Shown here in pieces: positions 26,623 through 32,000 of a stretch of DNA of 32,000 nt. The translations under genes and the position numbers were made by a program. The stretch is from Candidatus Heimdallarchaeota archaeon (GTDB lineage: Archaea; Asgardarchaeota; Heimdallarchaeia; JABLTI01): positions 26,068-58,067 of the forward strand of contig JAUWKS010000018.1 in assembly GCA_030614005.1 (NCBI GenBank), written 5' to 3'. Positions within the stretch are counted from its first letter, which is position 1. Every line of letters starts with the position of its first letter. The notes beneath the pieces were generated by a model that was given only the letters and a program-made list of their open reading frames with translations, had not been told where the DNA came from and did not search any database.

Positions 26623-28953
26623 CTATTTCTTCTTGATATTGAATTCTGTTTTGTGCTTCTTTGGGCAAGTCGCTATTACAATGAGCTTCTTTTTGGTATA
26701 AAGATCAATCATAGTTGGATTGAGCGTTTCTGAGTCGCATTTTGAACATTTTAATTCTAGAATGTCTTCTTCAGGTTCATCTGCATCATCATCTGAAAAT
26801 CCAATAATGTTCTCTTCATGGTGGTTTTTACATCTGACTTTTAGAACATTAAAACCAAGCATATCATTGTAAGATTCTTGTTGCCAAACAATTGGTGCTC
26901 CACATGTTTTACATTTCAGTTCTGGTTTTTCTTCTTCTTCCTTTTGTTGTACGACAGATTCCAATGAAATATTAGCAATAAGCTCATCATGTTTTAGTCC
27001 AAAATTTTCCAATATCATGCCTTCCCCAATAGCCATTTTGGAATCATCTTTCATTATTAGAGTGATTTCATCTGAATGCTCGCTAATTACTCCGTCAATA
27101 AGTTTTGAATATTCACTAATAGCTTGCTCAAGTCTACTTGTAATTTGAACGAGATTAAGTTTGCCTGAAGTTGCTTCTTTACTTATGCTCTTCAGCAAAG
27201 TTTGCAGTGCTTTTAGAGCGGAAGAATTCACTGGGAATTTCTTCAGTTCTTTACTAAATTCATTAATTGCCTCACCAGTATCTTTTGCGAGATTTTTAGC
27301 AAATTTCTCTAGGTCTGACATAGCTTTATTTGCTTGTTTAATTGTTGGTTTGTATGATGGTCGTCGGTATCTAGAGATTTTTCCTTCAAGGTTAGGATTG
27401 ATACTTATACCCAAACCTTCTGAGTATTTCTCTTCAAATTGAGCTATAACTTTCGCTGCTTCTGCTAAGGACGATTTCAATAATTCTTCTATTTTCTTTA
27501 AAGGTATATGATCATCTAAATCAACTTTTGCTATTTTTATTAGATCGCTGTCTGCTGGTATAGCAATTGATTCTCCTTCTCCCAAGAATTTGTTAATATT
27601 CTTAATTCTCTTAATGTGTTTTTCTTGTGTATCATTAATATCAACAGCTATTTCTTTTAGAAGCAAATTGAGCGTTTTCTTATAATCAAGCAAATTGGGG
27701 ATTGTTTCTATTGCTTCAATTAAATTGTTTGGATCCATAGCATTTTCTTTTGTTTCTTTAATTAAATCCAATAATTTCTTAGTATCTTTGCTCAATGCTA
27801 CTTGCTTTGTATAGCTGCCTAGTTTTTCTTCGAATCTTCCATAAGTACCTTCATAGGCAGCTTTTACCATTTTAGTTGCTTCTGTGAGAATTTTCTCGTC
27901 ATTTATCAATTTTTCATGCGGATCCTCAGCAACAACATCAATTATTCTTACTAAGAATTTAGCAGCCGAAATGATTTTCTCAGACGCTTCTTTCATTGTA
28001 TTAAAGAGTGCATTGTCCATTTCTGGTTCCAAATTATACAAGCTCTCAATTTGAGAATATATTTCTGCTGTATCGCTCTCAAGTTCTGCTTTTATTTGCT
28101 GAATATAGCTCTGTCGTGTATCACTTAAACGATGATCAATTTTTCGGATAAATTTCTGTGCATCCTTGAAAACTTTGAAACCTTTCGTTGGCCAGGTTTC
28201 AACCATTTCGTCAACTTTAGCACAATTTTCTTTAATAAAAGCATCAAAAGCTGGACTTTCTCGATAATTATTGAGCTTTATTTGATAACGCTCATACACA
28301 TCTTCAAAGGCTCGAGAGTGAGCTTTGAAATCTCTAATAAGATAGTTTTGAGCTTTTTCTATTATTTCATGGTACGTTTCACGATAAGCTTGAATATAAA
28401 CTACTTTTTCATCTCTATTCAACAAGCTTCTCTTAATCTTCAAATGTGACTTGATTTCTTCTTCTAAAAGCTCTATTTGATGTTTAATATCTAGAATTTC
28501 TTTTTCAATTTTGACTATTGGAAATCCTAGTTTAAGTTTAATATCAATAAGCATTGCTTCAACAGATTCGTTAATTGTTCGTAAAATGTCTGGTATGTAA
28601 CAGAGTACATCCATTGCATTTTTACCAATTTCATCAGTATTTTTTGGCAGCACACCAATGAACGAACGATCAATCCTCTTATTTTGCATTTTTATTTGTT
28701 GAGTTTCTTCTAAGAATTTTAGATTATCTTTAGATATTTTTGCAAAATTTACTATCTTTTCCCAAGATTGGTTTTTTCTCTCTTTTTTCAATTCGGAAAT
28801 AAAGTGGATCAAAGCTGGAAACTTCTCACCTTCAAAGGCGTCCTTATCTCCTTGAGCCATAGCTGAAAAACGATCTAATTCACGTACAATTTCGTCCAAT
28901 TCGCTTAGAATTGTATTCCAATCATCTTTCTCAACATTTTGTGGTTTTGACAT
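26623..28953 (-). CDS. Large alpha-helical/coiled-coil protein with two C-terminal Cys3His-type zinc modules
   Basis: About 670 aa of K/E/I/L-rich helical sequence, then CKTC...CKNHH, an acidic linker, and CSKC...CPKKH. Confidence 0.85.
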   Translation of the reverse strand: MSKPQNVEKDDWNTILSELDEIVRELDRFSAMAQGDKDAFEGEKFPALIHFISELKKERKNQSWEKIVNFAKISKDNLKFLEETQQIKMQNKRIDRSFIGVLPKNTDEIGKNAMDVLCYIPDILRTINESVEAMLIDIKLKLGFPIVKIEKEILDIKHQIELLEEEIKSHLKIKRSLLNRDEKVVYIQAYRETYHEIIEKAQNYLIRDFKAHSRAFEDVYERYQIKLNNYRESPAFDAFIKENCAKVDEMVETWPTKGFKVFKDAQKFIRKIDHRLSDTRQSYIQQIKAELESDTAEIYSQIESLYNLEPEMDNALFNTMKEASEKIISAAKFLVRIIDVVAEDPHEKLINDEKILTEATKMVKAAYEGTYGRFEEKLGSYTKQVALSKDTKKLLDLIKETKENAMDPNNLIEAIETIPNLLDYKKTLNLLLKEIAVDINDTQEKHIKRIKNINKFLGEGESIAIPADSDLIKIAKVDLDDHIPLKKIEELLKSSLAEAAKVIAQFEEKYSEGLGISINPNLEGKISRYRRPSYKPTIKQANKAMSDLEKFAKNLAKDTGEAINEFSKELKKFPVNSSALKALQTLLKSISKEATSGKLNLVQITSRLEQAISEYSKLIDGVISEHSDEITLIMKDDSKMAIGEGMILENFGLKHDELIANISLESVVQQKEEEEKPELKCKTCGAPIVWQQESYNDMLGFNVLKVRCKNHHEENIIGFSDDDADEPEEDILELKCSKCDSETLNPTMIDLYTKKKLIVIATCPKKHKTEFNIKKK

Positions 28954-29233
28954 TTGCTGGCCTCTAGTACTTAATTAAAACAAGGCTATTTTTCTTTATA
29001 AGATTCTCATTCTCTGATAGATAGCTCTCATTTTAGGACATACCAATTTTATTTTTAAAAGTATGCTTCGTTAACTACACTATATTCTTCTCTTAAATAT
29101 TTAAAAGTAGCATATGAGTAGAAATAACCCCTATTCTGATTCTTCTCAGAAGATTCCAAAACACAAGAAAAGATTAAAAAGCTATTATGAACCTTTAAAG
29201 TAAAAGCAAGTCAAAAATAGATTGTAGTGCAGG

Positions 29234-31402
29234 TTGGTATTATTGTCGCAAGTAAAAATATTCTTTAGCCGAGTCTGGAACTCCATTGACTCACGATTCA
29301 GCAGACCGCAAGTGAAAAGAGAACATCTATTAATTTATGCAAGCTTAGTTCTAATTCTCGTCGGTGCCTTCTTACTTAGAATCTTGCCTTATTTAGAGAC
29401 TGAAATGCTCTTAAAAGGATTAGATCCCTGGGTACAATATCGTTGCGCACTATATTTAAATGAAAATGGGCTGGGCGCTTTTTTCAACTGGTATGATCAA
29501 AGCACTTGGTATCCATATGGACGATACATGGGGCAATCAATGTACATTATTATTCCAATGGCCGCAGTATTTGTTTACAAAACTGCTCTCTTTCTAGGAA
29601 TAAATATATCCATGTTAGCCGCTTGCTATTTCACACCTGCTATCTTTGGTACTATTACCGTTTTTGTTATTTACAAATTAGGTGCAGTAATACATTCAAA
29701 AAGAACTGGATTATTCTCAGCGTTCTTTGTTTCAATGGCAATAGGTTTTATGAGTAGATCTATTGTGGGATTCTTTGACAATGAATGCGTCGGAATATTA
29801 CTTATGTTTCTCACGTTTTACTTCTTTGTAAAAGGTTTAACGAAGGATAGTATGATAAATAATGTCTTCGCTGGAATATGCCTAGGTTTACTAACTTTAA
29901 GCTGGGGTGCATTTAGATATGCATATGGCTTTTTAGCACTTTATGCATTAGTCATGATTTTACTCAAAAAATATTCACGAAGATTACTGGCTACTTTCTC
30001 AGTAACAATTCTATTAGGAATAACTATTGGTGCACTGATCCCAAGAACAAATGTTTCATTTGCAATTTCAACTGAGCAACTTATTCCTATTATAATGATA
30101 ATTGGTATGGTTATAATGACCGTCTATCAAGAATTGAAGAAAAGCATTGCAGTAGAGAAACTTAAGAAAATAGTTCAATATGCCACTCTTGGAGTAATTG
30201 GTGCTGGAATCATAGCAGTTATTGTGCTTTACTTTACCGGGGATATTGATCCCATAGCAGATAAGTTCTTGAGAACAATCCTCCCAACCTTAGCAGAATC
30301 ATTGCCACTTATTGAATCCGTTGCAGAAAACCACACATCTGCTTGGGGAACATTATTCTTCAATATCTATATCATGACATTTCTACTTCCAGTTGGTTTC
30401 TATTTCTGTATTAAGAAACCAAACGAGAAAACAGTCTTCTTACTTATGTTGGGACTTACTGGAATTTATTTCGGTGGTTCAATGGTAAGGTTGTCTCTCA
30501 TCTTAACACCTGCAGCAGCACTTGTAGCAGGATATACCATAGATGAAATTTTGAGACCTTTCGCACTCATAAACCAAGACCGATTTACAATCTCACGAAG
30601 AAAGAGGCGCGCAACAAAACAAATTGGCAAAGATTTGATTTCCGTTGCTTACATATTTATGGCCATTGTCTTAATGATGACCTCTATCTTTGGAATAAAT
30701 ATGATTAACTTATATTACGTTCAAAATCATGAGTTAACACCGTTGCTAACTAACCCGCAAAATGGGCAGCAATTCTACGCTCACGATTATCAGGAAGCTT
30801 ACCAGTATATTAGTGAAAATATAGCGCTATATAGTATCGGAGAAAAACCGCCTTTAATTATGAGTTGGTGGGATTACGGTTATCAATTAAGAACCCTGGG
30901 TAACGCTACGGTAATGGTAGATAATGCAACCATAAATTCAACGCAGATAGGTATTGTAGGAGCAATGCTGATACATAATGAAACTCACTCGGCAAAACTC
31001 TGTAGACAATATGGTGTTGATTATGTATTTGTATTAAGTCCTGGAAAAATTGGCAGCTCAGGCAATGATATTGCTAAATCCACTTGGATGATGCAAATTT
31101 CTGAGGAACATTCCCCAGATCTAGGAATTGTCTATGCAGATTATTTCAATGAGGATCCAGAAGGCGAAGAAGCATATGGTTTCACATCAGCCTTTTACGA
31201 TTCATTGATCTATAAACTCTGTGCCTATAAACTAAACGCTGATGGCACCTATGGTACTGATCCAAGCGCTGGCGGTGTTGCTCAATGGCGTCCAAATATG
31301 GGATTAGTTAATGCTCCAGATGTCAATGAAGCTGATTTAACGCAATTCAGGTTAGTATTCCAATCTAAGTTTGCATTGCTTCGAATATTTGAAGTGTTAT
31401 AA
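29234..31402 (+). CDS. aglB: Oligosaccharyltransferase STT3/AglB
   Basis: DPW, GFFDNE, SVAE, WWDYG, DNAT and DIAKSTWM (DK motif), with about 13 TMs. Confidence 0.95.
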   Translation: MVLLSQVKIFFSRVWNSIDSRFSRPQVKREHLLIYASLVLILVGAFLLRILPYLETEMLLKGLDPWVQYRCALYLNENGLGAFFNWYDQSTWYPYGRYMGQSMYIIIPMAAVFVYKTALFLGINISMLAACYFTPAIFGTITVFVIYKLGAVIHSKRTGLFSAFFVSMAIGFMSRSIVGFFDNECVGILLMFLTFYFFVKGLTKDSMINNVFAGICLGLLTLSWGAFRYAYGFLALYALVMILLKKYSRRLLATFSVTILLGITIGALIPRTNVSFAISTEQLIPIIMIIGMVIMTVYQELKKSIAVEKLKKIVQYATLGVIGAGIIAVIVLYFTGDIDPIADKFLRTILPTLAESLPLIESVAENHTSAWGTLFFNIYIMTFLLPVGFYFCIKKPNEKTVFLLMLGLTGIYFGGSMVRLSLILTPAAALVAGYTIDEILRPFALINQDRFTISRRKRRATKQIGKDLISVAYIFMAIVLMMTSIFGINMINLYYVQNHELTPLLTNPQNGQQFYAHDYQEAYQYISENIALYSIGEKPPLIMSWWDYGYQLRTLGNATVMVDNATINSTQIGIVGAMLIHNETHSAKLCRQYGVDYVFVLSPGKIGSSGNDIAKSTWMMQISEEHSPDLGIVYADYFNEDPEGEEAYGFTSAFYDSLIYKLCAYKLNADGTYGTDPSAGGVAQWRPNMGLVNAPDVNEADLTQFRLVFQSKFALLRIFEVL

Positions 31403-31406
31403 ACAA

Positions 31407-31440
31407 AAAGGGTAAATAGTAACCCTTTACCTCTCTTTTT
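31407..31440 (+). terminator. Hairpin plus T-run after aglB
   Basis: AAAGGGT-N8-ACCCTTT, then TTTTT at 31436-31440. Confidence 0.4.
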
Positions 31441-31543
31441 ATTATTTTTATTGGCAAATGAAGTACGTTTAAATGTAATTCTGTTGTCTTTCAAATAACA
31501 ATCACTAATCACAAATGAATAGTAGGGAATTTGTGTGAACGAA

Positions 31544-32000
31544 ATGCTAAATCGAAGATTAGCAACAAATGAAGAAATGTTTCTCAAAATAGCAAAGCTT
31601 GGTTTTGTTACAAGTGTATTCACAAATATAGTGTTTCTTGTTATCCTAGTGTATGTACATAAATTATCAATAAATGGTGCTTTTCCTTGGTATGAATGGG
31701 AACTAAGTGAATTAGTCCTAAATGGACAACCAAGTAAACTACTCTTTGATTTAGCCATAATAATAAATGGTTTGGGTTTATTTTGTACGATTTATCCATT
31801 ATCCTTTTTCTTGATAAATAAGAAAGTCAAAATCACTTATTTAATAATGGCTTCTATCGTTTCTCTCTCTTTGATCTGCATAGGTGTTTTTCCTGAAGAT
31901 GATTTTGAGATAACTCACTATATTATAGGGGTTGTATTCTTCTTATCAGCTAGTGTAGTTATCTGTTATCTTTCAACAATTTTCATAAAGAAAATAGTCA
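31544..32000 (+). CDS. DUF998-like membrane protein (3'-truncated by window edge)
   Basis: Translated by hand from ATG 31544: ...FPWYEWELSEL...LFDLAIIING...IGVFPEDDFEITHYIIGVVFF. Frame is open to the window end; absent from the ORF track. Confidence 0.75.
   Translation, partial: MLNRRLATNEEMFLKIAKLGFVTSVFTNIVFLVILVYVHKLSINGAFPWYEWELSELVLNGQPSKLLFDLAIIINGLGLFCTIYPLSFFLINKKVKITYLIMASIVSLSLICIGVFPEDDFEITHYIIGVVFFLSASVVICYLSTIFIKKIV

Noticed and set aside
26623-28953. Coiled-coil protein as the SMC/Rad50 partner of the Mre11-like gene
   Set aside because: No Walker A/B or signature motif, and the Cys motifs are terminal rather than a central hook.
29114-29203. 29-aa ORF in frame with aglB
   Set aside because: Two in-frame stops separate it from aglB, it has no SD, and it is too close to the TATA-like sequence.
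31282-31758. 158-aa minus-strand ORF
   Set aside because: Antisense to both aglB and the DUF998-like gene, with no motif.

Overview
AT-rich archaeal window, most likely from an Asgard archaeon. This rests on a eukaryote-like STT3/AglB, an Arf-like GTPase, a uDENN/longin protein, tRNA introns of bulge-helix-bulge (BHB) type, BRE/TATA promoters and GGAG/GGTGA ribosome-binding sites (SD). It holds about 30 protein genes, one tRNA-Trp(CCA) with two introns, and no CRISPR array or recognisable mobile element. The standout is a three-gene operon at 11871-13784: a uDENN/longin protein with an Arg at the position of the FLCN/SMCR8/NPRL2 arginine finger, an Arf-like GTPase, and a translationally coupled 7-TM protein. 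Together these form a candidate receptor/GTPase/GAP signalling unit. Also found outside the ORF track: two gene remnants (radical SAM N-terminus, DUF1028 N-terminus), a frameshifted metallo-beta-lactamase (MBL) gene, a probable PadR operator, a C/D-like guide in the tRNA intron, and several intergenic structured-RNA candidates. All family calls come from motif recognition by eye; no database search or folding program was run.
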